DNA of 63,442 bases, counting the filler, from Rhabdomonas costata (taxonomy: Eukaryota), in the NCBI GenBank assembly GCA_019059605.1. It is 48 parts of 48 records of this genome, joined end to end, with 100 filler letters (N's around TTAATTAATTAA, not from the genome) between each part and the next. Parts side by side here need not be neighbours in the genome. Positions count along the whole stretch, not along the records: positions 1 to 1,224 come from JAHMHO010022936.1; positions 1,325 to 2,548 come from JAHMHO010022937.1; positions 2,649 to 3,873 come from JAHMHO010022938.1; positions 3,974 to 5,196 come from JAHMHO010022939.1; positions 5,297 to 6,521 come from JAHMHO010022940.1; positions 6,622 to 7,845 come from JAHMHO010022941.1; positions 7,946 to 9,170 come from JAHMHO010022942.1; positions 9,271 to 10,495 come from JAHMHO010022943.1; 40 more parts are not named here. The stretch is one strand, 5' to 3'. The notes beneath the pieces are model-generated. The model was given only the letters and a program-made list of their open reading frames with translations. It had not been told where the DNA came from and searched no databases. How positions within the stretch are numbered: position 1 is the first letter of the stretch; every line of letters starts with the position of its first letter. This document shows positions 1-12,869 of this stretch, piece by piece. Both the position numbers and the translations under genes were made by a program.

Positions 1-1224
1 GTGGGGTGGGGGCTTCTGGCTGCTGCGCTCGTTAACGTCGTCTCTGTCGAGAAACTCTCTTCTCTCGCGTTCCCTATAAGGCGACTCTGTTTACTGAATC
101 GTGCGGTTTCGTTTTAACCTGATCTTGAGACTGATTGGAAAGAGGCACCGGTATATTGTACGAAGTTTTGCATCATGACAATTAGATGTGTATGGTTCTG
201 AGCCATTAGTGTGATTGAATTTCCAAGTAGTTTGGTGTTAAATGGGGGCTTTGTTAGAAGAAGACGCGGCTGCATGGGGCACTGTAGAGGACTGCGGTGG
301 TGCCATCATTTTTCTCTAGGTGTGCGGTGTGTTTTGTGGTGGGTTTTTAATAGAATTTCTTCTCAGTGAAAGCTGTAGAAATAGTGTTATGACAATGCTT
401 CCTCTTGGGAGATGACTACTTGGCTTTTTGATGTTAATGGCATCTTTTGGTATTCTGAAGATTCCCACTGTGTGTCCTTTATGTGGTTCTGCTGTGGCTG
501 TCAATACCCATGGAGGCAGAGAGAAGCTGCGCTGTGTGGACTCTGGCTGTGCTAAGTAGGTAACTGTCACATTCTAAATTCCATTGAAGAAGTGTTTTCA
601 AATGGTGTTTTTCTTGGCGGTGAGGTCCTCATTTAGCTCTGTTGCAGTTTCCGGTTGTTGTAAACATACAGTGGCAAAGGTTTTCCTGTTGTTAATGGAG
701 TAAGAAATGCTGTGATTGATATGGCTGTATTATGTGATGTCATGGGTCAGTGGTTGATGTTGATGAGACCGAGTGTGTGAGAGCAGATTTTAGCTCTTTT
801 TGGGTTGTATTCTGAGTATAAGACTATTGACGCTCTAAACAGTCTTTCGTGCTATACTTTATTGCCGCCTGCTACTCCTAATGGCTTACACTTTGAAACT
901 AGTTGCTAAATAAATCAAAAACATTTGAAACAAAGTCATTTCTTTAAAAATTGTTCGAAAAACAAAACAAAACAAAAACTGAACACAAAAAGTCGGTGGG
1001 AATGACAAAAAATAAATTCAATACTTCTGAGGCAGGCAGGTTGCACTAAACCTCTTTAACCAGGTGAGATGATATGGCTCGGTTTCCCGAACATCGTACT
1101 GTTTCAAGGCCGGTTTACTGATACTTACTTTACAAAATACTTCACTGTTTTTGAAATAAATTTATTTCAAAATCCATCTCTTTCACAACACAAAACAAAA
1201 GCAATAGAGTGAAACAAAAACACC

Positions 1225-1324
1225 NNNNNNNNNNNNNNNNNNNNNNNNNNNNNNNNNNNNNNNNNNNNTTAATTAATTAANNNNNNNNNNNNNNNNNNNN
1301 NNNNNNNNNNNNNNNNNNNNNNNN
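1225..1324. other. Artificial contig-joining spacer (N44 + TTAATTAATTAA + N44); first of 47 such spacers
   Basis: The same 100-bp cassette with stops in all six frames recurs every ~1324 bp. 48 contigs of ~1224 bp plus 47 x 100 bp accounts for the window length. Confidence 0.98.
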
Positions 1325-2548
1325 TTGTGGTGGTAGACCGCTGGGCCGCGGGCAAGGTTGTTCTCGCCTGCCACGGAGAACGGGTAGGGGTACTCGTTGC
1401 TTGGAGTGTGCATCCGCACGCTGGTCTGTCCCGCAGCCACCGGAACACTCTCACCCGCGCCGCTGACGTGAATGACCTTGATCGGCGAACCGTCGTTGGC
1501 GATCGGCCCCCAACTCACCAACACCGAATGATCCTGCGGATCACTGACCTTCACCCACGCCGGCGCCCCCGGAGCAATATCAGGCGTCACGATGCCCGAG
1601 GTCGGGCTCCACGCACTCCAATCAGCCTTGTTATGGGCCTGCACCTGGAAAGTGACGTCCTTACCGTTCTCCAAACCCACCACCCGGCATGGCGTGCTGC
1701 GGCAGGGAATGATCTTGCCGGCACCGGGGCCGGAGATGATCTTGAGTTGGTAGGAGTCGATCGGCGCACCGTTGGAGTTACCTGGCGTCCACGACAGCGT
1801 CGCCGCATGAGACTGCACCGTCGGACCATTCTGCGGAGCACCCGGAGCATCCGGACGCGTATAAACCACCATGCTGATCGTGCCGGTCACCCACCGCGAC
1901 TCACGCCCAGGATCAGAACCCAGATCAGTGGCCTTCACCTGAAAGGTGAGTTTCCCGAAGGTCGCCACATCCGGGGTGATCACCACCGACGCTTGATCAA
2001 CACTGGTCGCAGCCTTACCCCCCGAGGTCTGCTTGATCTCCAACACCTTGGTTTGGGCATCCCGCAGCGGCGAGAACAGTGAGATCGGGACGGTCACCGG
2101 CGAACCGGCCTTGATGTCGGTCAAACTCACCGAACGCATCCGCGGCGGATCAGCCGGAGCCACCACCACCTGCAGCGTGTCCGTCGCCGCATTCGTCCCC
2201 TCGATGCCGACGGTGATCGTGCCCAGCTTGTTCTCCGGCGCCGCGCCCCCAGCCTCCAGCTTCACCTGATGCGCGCCACCAGTAGCCGACACCTGATCAA
2301 TCGGCTGCGCCCAACTCGCCGAGTAGGTCAGGTTCGCCAACGATCCCGGGTCAGGACTCCACACGTGACACAGCGAGGTGATGTCCAGATTCTTGATCTC
2401 ACCACCCTGGACGATGGTCTGCGGATCATCGGGACAGCGCAACACCGGCGTCGGCGCACCGACCTGCACCGGAATCGTCACCGTCCCGATCAGCACCCCC
2501 GGCTCGGTCTGCGACGCACCACCCATGACATCCAACGTCACCACAACC
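1325..2548 (-). CDS. Bacterial (actinobacterial-like) fibronectin type III / Ig-like repeat surface protein, partial; probable contaminant
   Basis: Intron-free ORF spanning the whole contig, high GC. FN3 motifs PDAPGAP..ATLSWTPGNSNGAPIDSYQ..GLENGKDVTFQVQAHN and VLVSWGPIANDGSPI. Confidence 0.85.
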
Positions 2549-4099
2549 NNNNNNNNNNNNNNNNNNNNNNNNNNNNNNNNNNNNNNNNNNNNTTAATTAA
2601 TTAANNNNNNNNNNNNNNNNNNNNNNNNNNNNNNNNNNNNNNNNNNNNCCCTCATACTAGATTTTATCTGCAGTGCTTCGGTGTTTTTCCGTGCTCTCAT
2701 CCCAGGGCCCATGTCGAAGTTTGAGGTGATGGAGATTAATGAAGTGTGTGTGCGTGTTTCAATGAGTTGCGGCCTCCTCGAGTCAATGGTATGTAATGGC
2801 TTTTTGTGTGATTTTGTTGTGTTTTAGCCAGTGGGTTCTGATTTACTCTCATTATACTGCATTTTCAATTCATCATGACGGTTCACTTTTGCTCCGAATT
2901 TCTTTTCTTTCTCGTCGCTTTTATTGACCAGTTCTTCTATGAGGGGGAAAATTTGGGAGCTTGGATGTCAGCAGTTTTGTAGCTCGAGAAAATTTTATCT
3001 CTTCGTCAAAAAGTTTGGTTTTACTACCGATATTCAACTGAGATTGTGAATGAGGGTTGTGGTCCGCCCCCCTCGTATCTAATGTGGAGGTGGCCAACCA
3101 GAATTACTGTTGGAGTCCATCAGTTTATTGATTGGTTGGTGCTATTTATGGTTTTTGTTTGAAATGGTCGATAGTCTTCCTATTACATTTACTGGAAATC
3201 ACTGTTCATAACACTTTGTTGCTTTAATTCATTCGTTGTGTCGGAAATTGGAGTCCCCACTCCGGAAGCACCTGCAACAGCGGTGTCCTGCGATCCCGCC
3301 CATTTGCTTTGACATCTTGCGGAACAATGTCCCTCTTCCGTGCCTCAGGGTTCCCTCTACATCACACTTGTCGTGTTGTGAGTGCCTCAGCTGTCGTGTC
3401 GTGCGAATGGGCGTCTGTGCATTCCTGCCAGTGTTCGAGCCAAAGCTTCCACTTGTTGTGAAGTATCGTTTTGCTTCGCCACACTGTGTGTGTATGTGTG
3501 TGCACTGTCAGGTTGCTTCTCATTCCGCCACCAAGGCCCCTGCTAACGCTGCCCCGCTGCCGCTGCTGCTGCAAACGTAAAGATCTGCTGTGCAGCCCCT
3601 GCGCTCTCCTTGAATGTGTGATTGTTTCACATGCGACTGCAATCTACGACTTTATGTCTTGTCTTAGGACCCTGCTGTGTATGTGTGTGGGGTGATCCGG
3701 CGCACTTTCCCGCACATTTTTTGATTGGGACAGTGGCATTGAGGTGTTGGTCCTTTTGACTTCTCATTTGCTCATTTGCGTCGTTATGCCACCGACCTTA
3801 CACAGAATATACTTGCCGTGCTTTTGTGCTCGTGAGCTTTTGCGCCGTGACTGCATCTGTGCACACCCACACCNNNNNNNNNNNNNNNNNNNNNNNNNNN
3901 NNNNNNNNNNNNNNNNNTTAATTAATTAANNNNNNNNNNNNNNNNNNNNNNNNNNNNNNNNNNNNNNNNNNNNTTCACAGGTAAGGGCAAGGGAAAGACG
4001 TCTGAAGGGTAAAGGCTGCAGAGGTAACGATGTGCGATGTACACTGTTGCAAGTGCGCGTCCACAGTAAACAAGAGTGTGGAGGATAGAAAGAGTTCCC

Positions 4100-4127
4100 T
4101 GTCTGTCTGTCTGTCTGTCTGTCTGTC
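4100..4127. repeat. (GTCT)n microsatellite
   Basis: Tandem gtct units read directly. Confidence 0.9.
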
Positions 4128-4265
4128 CATTCTGAAAGGAAGAGTGATGCTCCGCGAGGACAATGGATGTGGATGTGTTGAGTGCAGAGGGCTTGACCAA
4201 GGGCACCTTGCGGCCCCACCGCTATCCCACCCCTCTCTCACACTCCTGTCCTGTCCTTGATGCAG

Positions 4266-4426
4266 GATTCGCTACCTCGAGGAGGGTGAGCCCCCACCGG
4301 CTGCGGGGGAGGCTGCGTGGGTGAAGCACGCGCACTCCGTGTTCCGGCGCATCGCGTACCACGCCGGCTCGGGCACCAGCACCGTTCATGCCTGGATAGT
4401 CACCGGCCGCACCCACCAGATCAGGC
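4266..4426 (+). CDS. Exon of RluA-family RNA pseudouridine synthase
   Basis: AG acceptor at 4264-4265. Encodes HAHSVFRRIAYHAGSGTSTVHAWIVTGRTHQIR, with the RluA motif TGRTHQIR. Followed by a donor (GTGAG at 4427 or GC at 4425). Confidence 0.8.
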
Positions 4427-7314
4427 GTGAGCTCATTCTCACAGGCTCACCCACATCATCACTCACCCCTCAATCCAACCACACACACGCATGCGCTTCT
4501 GCTTTGTCTGGTTGATTGTCGGGTCGAAGGCAGTCGCTGGCTTGCTGACCGCGGGTAGATTTTCTACCTAAGGTAAAGTAAGATAAAGTCTTTTTGCCCA
4601 ATATTCCTGACGCTGGTGTCGGATGGCTTTCTCTGAGTAGAGGTGATTAACCCCAAATCTGGATGTAGCTAGGCAATCTACTCTGTCTTTCCGTGGAGTG
4701 ACGTCCTCCTCCGCTGCTGGTGTGCTGGGCCGACTACTTCGGCTCCTGCAGCCCCCAACAGTAGCCCTCCTGCACAGGCGCATCCAGATTTGCGCCCACC
4801 TTGAGGTACGATCTGAGCTCTTGAGCTGACTTCCATGCTTGGAGCATGTTATGCCTCTCTGCTTTTTCTCTTTGATTTTATTGCGGTGCTGGAATTCGCT
4901 CGCGGAGGTTTCTGGCTTGCGGTCTTTGGTAGAGAGGTTGCTTCTGGGCACCAGTGGTTGGGGCCATTGCGCCAGAGCTGCCCTCCAGCTGAATGTGTGA
5001 GGGCCTTCCCTCAGTCCTGCGTCAGTTGATTGTTTTTTAGCATTTTGAAAGACTGTGGTGTTGGCAGTTCAGAAGTGTCCCCTTTCTGCCTCGCTCCCTG
5101 CTACGTCCTCGGACGTAGCAGGGAGCGAGGCAGAAAGGGGACACTTCTGAACTGCCAACACCACAGTCTTTCAAAATGCTAAAAAACAACCAACCCNNNN
5201 NNNNNNNNNNNNNNNNNNNNNNNNNNNNNNNNNNNNNNNNTTAATTAATTAANNNNNNNNNNNNNNNNNNNNNNNNNNNNNNNNNNNNNNNNNNNNTGGT
5301 GGTTTTTTTTACCGTAAACGGGAAAACAGCAACAATGTCCAGAGAATTGTTTTACTGAGGAGGCAAGCATACAGGAGAAAAACGGGGATAAGTGCGGGTG
5401 GTGGAGGTAGCGGGAGGAAAAGTGTAACCACTGGTTTCCATCACTTACACAGTAAAAAAGGCACTATGCACAGTACAATGCACAAAAGATGGAAAGGGGC
5501 ATGAAAAACGCAAATAAAAAGGTTGCCCAAAAGTGGCATCCATGGCGGCTGTAATCCCAAGCATTCTGGCCCACTCCGGTGCCAGCAGGAAGTACTCCTG
5601 GGCTTTACCCTTAGGTATACCAAACAGGCCCAGCGGGAAGGTTAGGATCTGTAGGCAGCGTAGGGAAGGAGTCCGAGGCCAACCAACTCATCTCGAGTGC
5701 TACCATATCACTAAATATGAGCCCCAACCCGCCACTGCAGCTCGAGGTCTGAGGTCTCCGGTCTGGTCCGGTCCTGGGGGCCCAGGTATCCGCCAGGGTT
5801 GTCCGCTTCCGTCCGCGGGGGTTGGAACCAATGTTGGGTCCAGGGGGTCGGCCACCCGAGGTTGCACAGGCCCGGTTGCCGTGGCCCGGTGTGAACCTAC
5901 CTTACATCACCCTGCAAATAGGGTGAGGTTTTTGGGCCGAAATAGGTGGTCCCACCCACCCACACACACATTTCCGATGAGGCCCCAAACGACTGGCAAG
6001 TTTCGGAGGCCGGCTGAAGAAGCTAGATAGGTCCATGGTAGAACCCCAGAACTTCGGGGTTGCAGCGAGGAAATAGGGTTGCCAACTAACGAAAACGAAA
6101 GCAGGTGGACAACCTGCGAAGCAGATATAAGGTTCGGTTTTTGTTGTGCAAAAATGTGCTTGCTTTGCGGAACTTGGGTTTTGATGAACGAAAAAAAGAC
6201 TGACGCAACCCAGCCGACAATGCCAAGGAGTAGTGACGCAGATGTCCTGGTGTTAAGGTGATGGTGGTGCTTGCGGTCAAAAGCACGACCCACCAAAAGT
6301 ACTGGAGACACGCTCTCCCTGCATTCGCCACCACCCTTGACTTGCTCTGCTTACCGTATTCCACGATGTCTAGGGTGATGATGATGATGATGCACTAGCG
6401 GATAACTTCAACCACCATAACATTCATAATCCTTCTTTGACACCCCTATCATAATGACAGCTAAGCTACGGGAATTGAGAGGACTGATGCCAGCTGCTGG
6501 GCCCGTCTTGCAACCCCAACANNNNNNNNNNNNNNNNNNNNNNNNNNNNNNNNNNNNNNNNNNNNTTAATTAATTAANNNNNNNNNNNNNNNNNNNNNNN
6601 NNNNNNNNNNNNNNNNNNNNNGGGTGGTTTTCCTGACTACTTACGGTGTGTACTATGGGGAACTTTGGTTTTGTACGACCATCTGGTTTCCAATGCCTAC
6701 TTGACTGCATGTTTTGGCACAGGGATGATCACAAACGACATTGACACTTTCCTGAACTGTGGCCCAAAATGGGACTACGGTATTCATTCCCTTGGCTCTG
6801 CGCACGCTTTCCCTTTTGGCATTATCGCTGTGTTTTCCTGTTGGACCTGGGGGACAATTCAACAAGTCAAGTGGGGAAAGTTCTTCAGTGTGAACTGTGC
6901 GTAACGTTTAGTTTGTATTATTACTATTATTATGTGCTGATGTCAGACGAGCTCATGTACCGAAAGACGGACGGGTCGGATTGTCTTTATCAGCGCTTTG
7001 ATGCACAAATGTTCTTTCTCTTGGTGGCCTCAAGGCGTAGATATGCAGCTATTTTACTGGGGGACCCTAGTCTCTTGGTAATGTAGAACCACTTCCCGAT
7101 TTTTACCCCCGAAGTGCAGGGGAACTGATCCGTCCTACTCTCCGTCGTGTATTACCACACCGCACGATACTAATGCATTCCAGAAGCCCGAAATCTCCTT
7201 GAAGAACGGGAAGGGGGATGCTTTTCCAACCAAAACCCCTGCAGAAATTACTGCAGAAACGTTTCACTGGACCTGCACTGCATCGGAAACAAAATCGTTT
7301 CTGTGGTTTTTCAG

Positions 7315-7600
7315 TTGTTTTTGACGAAGCGGATAAGATCAAGAACTCGTCCACGCATCTGGCGAAAAACGTGCGGATGATTCCGACATCCAAGCGGCTT
7401 GTTCTCACGGGAACTCCTGTCCACAATAACCTGAAGGTGCCGTTGCTTCCAGAAAGAGGGGGTGGCCATGGCTGGGTATGCTGACGTTTGACGTTTTTTC
7501 TCAGGAGCTGTGGGCACTGTTCGACTTTGTCACCCACCGTGAGCAAGTGCTTGGATCTCTGGCGGATTTTCAGCGGCTCTTTGGAGACCCCATCTCTGAG
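7315..7600 (+). CDS. SNF2-family ATPase (ERCC6/ERCC6L-like), exons 7315-7436 and 7505-7600
   Basis: GT-AG intron 7437-7504 joins in frame: VFDEADKIKN..RLVLTGTPVHNNLK|ELWALFDFVTHREQVLGSLADFQRLFGDPISE (SNF2 motifs II and III). Confidence 0.9.
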
Positions 7601-10595
7601 GTGCTCAGACCTAAATGAAATATCTTTGTGGTTCGGTTTGTCACAAAACTCCATCATTGCTTTGACACTCGCTTTTGAGTATTCTTTAATCATCGCACGG
7701 TGTTGAATGACACGGCAGTTCATTCACGGCATTCACAACATGCGGAATTAACTTCAGATGTTAAAATGCCAAAACCTGAAATGACGATTGCAGCTTGTGC
7801 GAAGACGTACTGCAGTCTCCACACACCACCAAACACACCCACCACNNNNNNNNNNNNNNNNNNNNNNNNNNNNNNNNNNNNNNNNNNNNTTAATTAATTA
7901 ANNNNNNNNNNNNNNNNNNNNNNNNNNNNNNNNNNNNNNNNNNNNTTTTTTTCTACTGGCTCTTTCAGTTCTTAGAGAATCGAATCCACTGACTTCTGGA
8001 AGCAATCGGCTGCCGATTGTTTCCAGAAGTCAGTGGATTCGATTCTCTAAGAACTGAAAGAGCCAGTAGAAAAAAAACTATAAAAGACCACTCATTGCGC
8101 GAGAAGTTGCATCAGAGTGCCATGAGAACCACTCACGAAGAATTCAGGCGAAGTGCATTTGAAGAATACTCTGCTGAGTCAAAATTCTGCCATTCCACGC
8201 TCCTCAGTATCTCTTTGAACAAGAAAATTGGCAGCGAGCTGCACATGCCGTTTCGGGGCGTCCACCTATAGGTGCTTTGATAAATCGCTCCTTTTGAAAT
8301 AAAGCCGAAGAAAATATTTGCAAATTAATCAAAAAGCTGGTGACCACGAAAGGGATCACATACGAAAGCGTTGCGGGTACACAGGTGTCACGGCAAACAA
8401 GCGGATGAGACAGAAAGGAGTGGGTGGGTTCATCGGACAAAGACCTGGAGGCGGCAACCAAGGAGAGGTTCAGTTGCATCGAACAGCGGAGCTTATACAT
8501 GCAACCTGAGGAAGGGCAGCACACCAAACAAGGTATATTATCAACACCTGTTTGCTCTCTTTACGTGCATGCCAACGAAAATGTTCACTGCAGTGGCGTT
8601 CGGGGAAAGTTATTGGATTCATCCAGGCGGTTTTACGCTTCCAGCTCAACGATGGACGCTGGGTTAGGAATGAGTTTGGAGCGCTTCTTGTGGCGTGTGG
8701 TGTGAAGCGATGTGGTGAATGAAAGAGATGTCGAACGAGAAGCTGTCAAGCTGTCCGGCCAAAATGCGTCATTATACGCCGTACGAAGCTGTTCATATGG
8801 GTGCGCAGCTGAAAAAGCAGGGATACAAAAATGCAAACATACAAAGCAAAGAGCGTAACAAAAAAGTGAAAACAAAAGAAAGCAAAATGCGCCCCATCAC
8901 TGAGGTGGTGACTCCCCTCCGGGCCTTTTGCTTTATTTTTGAAGTAAAAAAGGAAAAAAGGGTGAACAGCACATAAAAGGGCAAACAGCAAGCGAACCCG
9001 ATAAAATAAAAAATTCCGCCAGAGCACAAGCCCCCGCACCATGGTTACCAAACACCTTTACAAAAATTAAAAAGGGAGAGGTTCCCCGTTTACAGCAGGT
9101 CGGGGCTTGCAAGTTGCCGGTCACCGTTTCAATCTGCAGATAGACCCCCAACAAGCAACCAACAAACAAANNNNNNNNNNNNNNNNNNNNNNNNNNNNNN
9201 NNNNNNNNNNNNNNTTAATTAATTAANNNNNNNNNNNNNNNNNNNNNNNNNNNNNNNNNNNNNNNNNNNNTTTTTAGGACACGGAAGGGAGAACCGCCCT
9301 GCACGTCGCCGCGCTTACCGGAAGCCCGCCGGCCGTGGAAGCCCTCCTGAAGCTCAGCGCCAGCCCGACTACTCAGGCACTGTGGCACTGTGCTGTGCGC
9401 GTGTGCGTGCGTTTGTGGTTGTTGTGGGTATACAAAGGACGATGGAAGATATACAAAAGGCGACGGAAGCCCAAGCCTCTTGCAATCTGTAGCCCACCAT
9501 ATCCCCCCAGGGGACAGCTCCACAAGCGGCTGCTAATGCCGCAGCCGCCTTAGACATCGGCAGAGTAACCTGTCGCTGCAGTGATTGTATTTGTGATGAA
9601 AGTTGCCACTTTGAGGCACTCAGAGAGTCAGGTTCTGCGGAGGTGGCAGTGCCACAGAAAATACCCGATTCCCTAATGTCTAACAATGTGCCTGAATTTT
9701 ATCGTGACCAAGCGCTGGAATCGGTTGACAGAGGCCTCATTTTGCTGAAGGTATAAGATAGAGGTTTTGTCTTGGCTTTGCTGGGCTTGAAATACGGCTA
9801 TGCCACAGCGTCGTATTGCCTTTCAGCAGAGGTTTCTGTCGGAAACAATGGAATGCGTTTCGGGGGCTGATCCTCAAAGAAAGGCGTTTTGAATCCACAG
9901 CTAAGTGCGCCAAAGAAGATTCTGTGCAAGAAATCTCTTTTTCGAGAGCCGCTGAAGTTTCGCAATTTTCTACTGCTTGCCCCAGTCCATTTCCTTCTAC
10001 TCACAAGCTTGCAATAGCTGTTTTCACTGTGCTGTTTTCACTTTACACCGAAGGCCATATATTAATTCCACTCCTGCGGCCATCTCAAAGCAAATTATTC
10101 CATTCAAAAAGCACTCTTCCGTCATAAAAATACCGTTGAAGCCCACTCTGCCTCACACACCGTATTGATGCCTCTCACTCTCTCTTTGTGTGGCCGCAGA
10201 AAGGCAGCTCCCCAAGTACCCCGACATCCGCCAAGCAACCAATCCAATGCGCTTGTCTCTCTCCCCCTCTGATTTGGCGTTCGCCAGCATGTACCGTCAG
10301 CACTGCCACAGAAGGGAAGGGGGGATAGCGCTTCAGGGCACTCCTTTGCTCTTTGCGTGCCCACTGCTCGGCTTCCACGATGAAACCCCTGCGTGATACT
10401 TTGCTGCTCTTCCCATACGACTTTCCCTTCGTGTCTGCTCGCAGGATGCTACCGGGCTGGTGCCCTTGGCTGTGGCCTTGGCCGCCCCAAACCCCNNNNN
10501 NNNNNNNNNNNNNNNNNNNNNNNNNNNNNNNNNNNNNNNTTAATTAATTAANNNNNNNNNNNNNNNNNNNNNNNNNNNNNNNNNNNNNNNNNNNN

Positions 10596-11320
10596 GTTGT
10601 TGGGGCTGTCCTCGAACCATGCCAGCACGGCGCTGAGCCCCACCCGGATGCGGTTCGACAGGAACTGCGCTGCCGAGGGCGACAGCAGGTCCCCGTCCGA
10701 GGCTTGCTGCGTGGGGGCAAGGCGGCTGAGCGAGACGGTGGTGTCCACGGCATTGGCTACCCGCTGTGCGTCCCGGAAGACCCTTTTGTGAAGGTGGGCC
10801 TGGGCCAGGTCCTCCAGAACGTCCTCCAGCTGGGCACCCTGAAAGCGAAGAGCGACAACCGGGCAGCGGAGGGTGTGAGAGGCATGCTCGTTCGCAAATC
10901 TCGAAGATGAAGTAGGAACACATCAGAATATTGTCGCACAATCTAAAGATTGCTTGACTTAAAATCGACCTCAACTGGCACCCTGAGAGCAGAGATTGAT
11001 AGTGGAAGGATGGAGGGGGGTGGGATTGACGAATCAGGGGACAATCAGAGCGGAAGGGAAAACACAGTCTCTGCCGTTCCAAACCAACCCACCCTAAAAA
11101 AGGCACACAACCTTCCAAAGCTCCTCACAAATCTGAGAGTGGAGGGTGTCCAGGGGAACCTCACAGAGCAAAAGCAGTTGGTCCGCGGTTGGGGGACGGG
11201 CCATCCTCTGCACTATTGCCGCCGCGCCCTGGGGCAAAGCGGCCCACAGAGCTTCCTTGCGCCTCTGCGCCAGACAAAATACCACGGCCAGGTCGGCGAG
11301 GGTGGCTTCAATCCCAATGC
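10596..11320 (-). CDS. Hypothetical protein, two exons (11320-11160, 10838-10596)
   Basis: GC-rich exons with GT/AG ends that splice in frame (..QLLLLCE|GAQLEDVLEDLAQAHLHKRVF..). No family recognised. Confidence 0.55.
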
Positions 11321-11991
11321 CTGCACCAAAATAGAACCAAACAAAGGCCAATGTGTGAACCGGAACGGAAATGATATTACGGATCACTCGTAATCACCAG
11401 AAGGAGCACAAAGCAAGCGAGAAAACGAGCCACTCTGCTGCGGTCGGAAGTCGCGCCCTTGGGAGATGTAGGTCATGATGACCCCTCACACACACACAAG
11501 AATGCGCGATCACCCCGGCCTAAACCCAAATCAACCATGATAGTATTATTGTACGGCCGGGATCCCCAACGAAGCTACCCGTGCCGTCATCATGAACTGC
11601 GGTCCACAAGTCGATGCGAAGCGGGGGCCCATGAAAGCAACAGGGAGTAATTGCTTTTCCCGTCCCAAACTTCAACTGGAGCACCACAACGAACACGTGC
11701 CGTTCTCTTATCCCCTACGAAGCGCAGAGGTTTCGTGGAGAACTTGGATGCGCATTGCTCACCGTGCACCGATGGAACAGAAAAACGTGTGTCTGCTGCA
11801 AGACAATACACACCACACANNNNNNNNNNNNNNNNNNNNNNNNNNNNNNNNNNNNNNNNNNNNTTAATTAATTAANNNNNNNNNNNNNNNNNNNNNNNNN
11901 NNNNNNNNNNNNNNNNNNNGGTGGTTTGTTTTTTTATTCTCAAACCGCACTGTCGCCGTGTCACTTCCTTGCTTTACTGCCAAAACCACAG

Positions 11992-12869
11992 TGACCTGAG
12001 TGTCCTCCGGGCGGAGCACCGGCAGCTTCAGGATGAGCAGGACCGGCTGCAGGCCGAGCACCTGGACCTGAAGCGCAAGGGGATCATCGAGCGTTTCCGC
12101 CGCGCCGGGATGGCCGGGCAAATCGAGGCCCAGAAGCTCAAGCAGGCGTGTGCCCCCCCATCACTCACAGGGCACTTCCCTGACTGATTAAGACATGCGG
12201 AATTGCACGTGCTGTTCTTTTCCTTCTACGAGAAAGGTCACCCAATACCTCAATCTGCCTGCGCACTCTCTCTCAGGAGGAGGCGCAGAAGCGGGTGGTG
12301 TCGGAGAAGATGAAGGGCTTCGTGTCGCGGGTGCGCGAGATCAACATGAAGAACCGCCTGAAGGATATGGAGGAGCAGCTCACCTCCTCCCATGCTAAGG
12401 TATGTTGTGCGCAGCCCTTCGCAACAACTTCGGCTGAGTGCTAGTCTTTCCCATCATAAACCATCGCCCCAAGTGCCGTTTTTCTATTTTTGGGCGGGTT
12501 AGTCGGTGGCTGCGTGTCCTATGCAACCTCACCGGCTCGTCTACACAGCACGACATTTCCCGTCCCCCTTGAAGAGGTTCGAAGTATTCAAGCGCAGGCA
12601 GTGCAGGCACATATTGTGGTGCACCTCACTTGAAGGGAGAGAAAAGTTCTGCCAGGAACAGGTCTTTGATTGACCTCTAACTGTGGTTTACCTGTGATCT
12701 GCAAATACGCAGGTGGAGGAGCTTGAGGCTGAGCTGGCTAGGCTGCGGTCCTCGGAAGGCACCACGGGTGGGGAGGAGGGCTCCTCTGGGGCCGCCGCGG
12801 ATTCCGAGAGGGTTCCAGAACCCCCTGAGAGTCGCTCCTCTCCGGCCATGGACGAGCGTACCATGAATG
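11992..12869 (+). CDS. Coiled-coil protein, exons 11992-12145, 12277-12399, 12713-12869; first intron GC-AG
   Basis: Spliced frame ..AQKLKQ|EEAQKRVVSEKMKG..SSHAK|VEELEAELARLR.., E/K/L/Q-rich. Confidence 0.75.

Noticed and set aside
1269..1280. Regularly spaced TTAATTAATTAA palindrome (CRISPR-like or regulatory periodicity)
   Set aside because: Artificial six-frame-stop linker embedded in N runs.
1327..2082. 251-aa plus-strand ORF, and most other short ORFs in the track
   Set aside because: Antisense shadow of the high-GC FN3 gene. Most listed ORFs are shadows or read through introns and N spacers.
5025..5196. Long near-perfect hairpins that suggest MITEs, hairpin telomeres or structured RNAs. 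Also at ~7946-8077, 14586-14783, 15892-15979, 22325-22406, 34437-34590, 46095-46232, 47441-47565, 51386-51531 and 55633-55840.
   Set aside because: Each has one arm at or next to a contig end, the arms share no sequence between contigs, and no target-site duplications are visible. One copies a coding exon (15892-15979). This is the pattern of fold-back chimeras from whole-genome amplification.
5960..6110. Possible hammerhead ribozyme (CTGAAGA..GAAA, GATGAGGCC)
   Set aside because: I could not form stems I-III around the core motifs. A covariance-model search would be needed.
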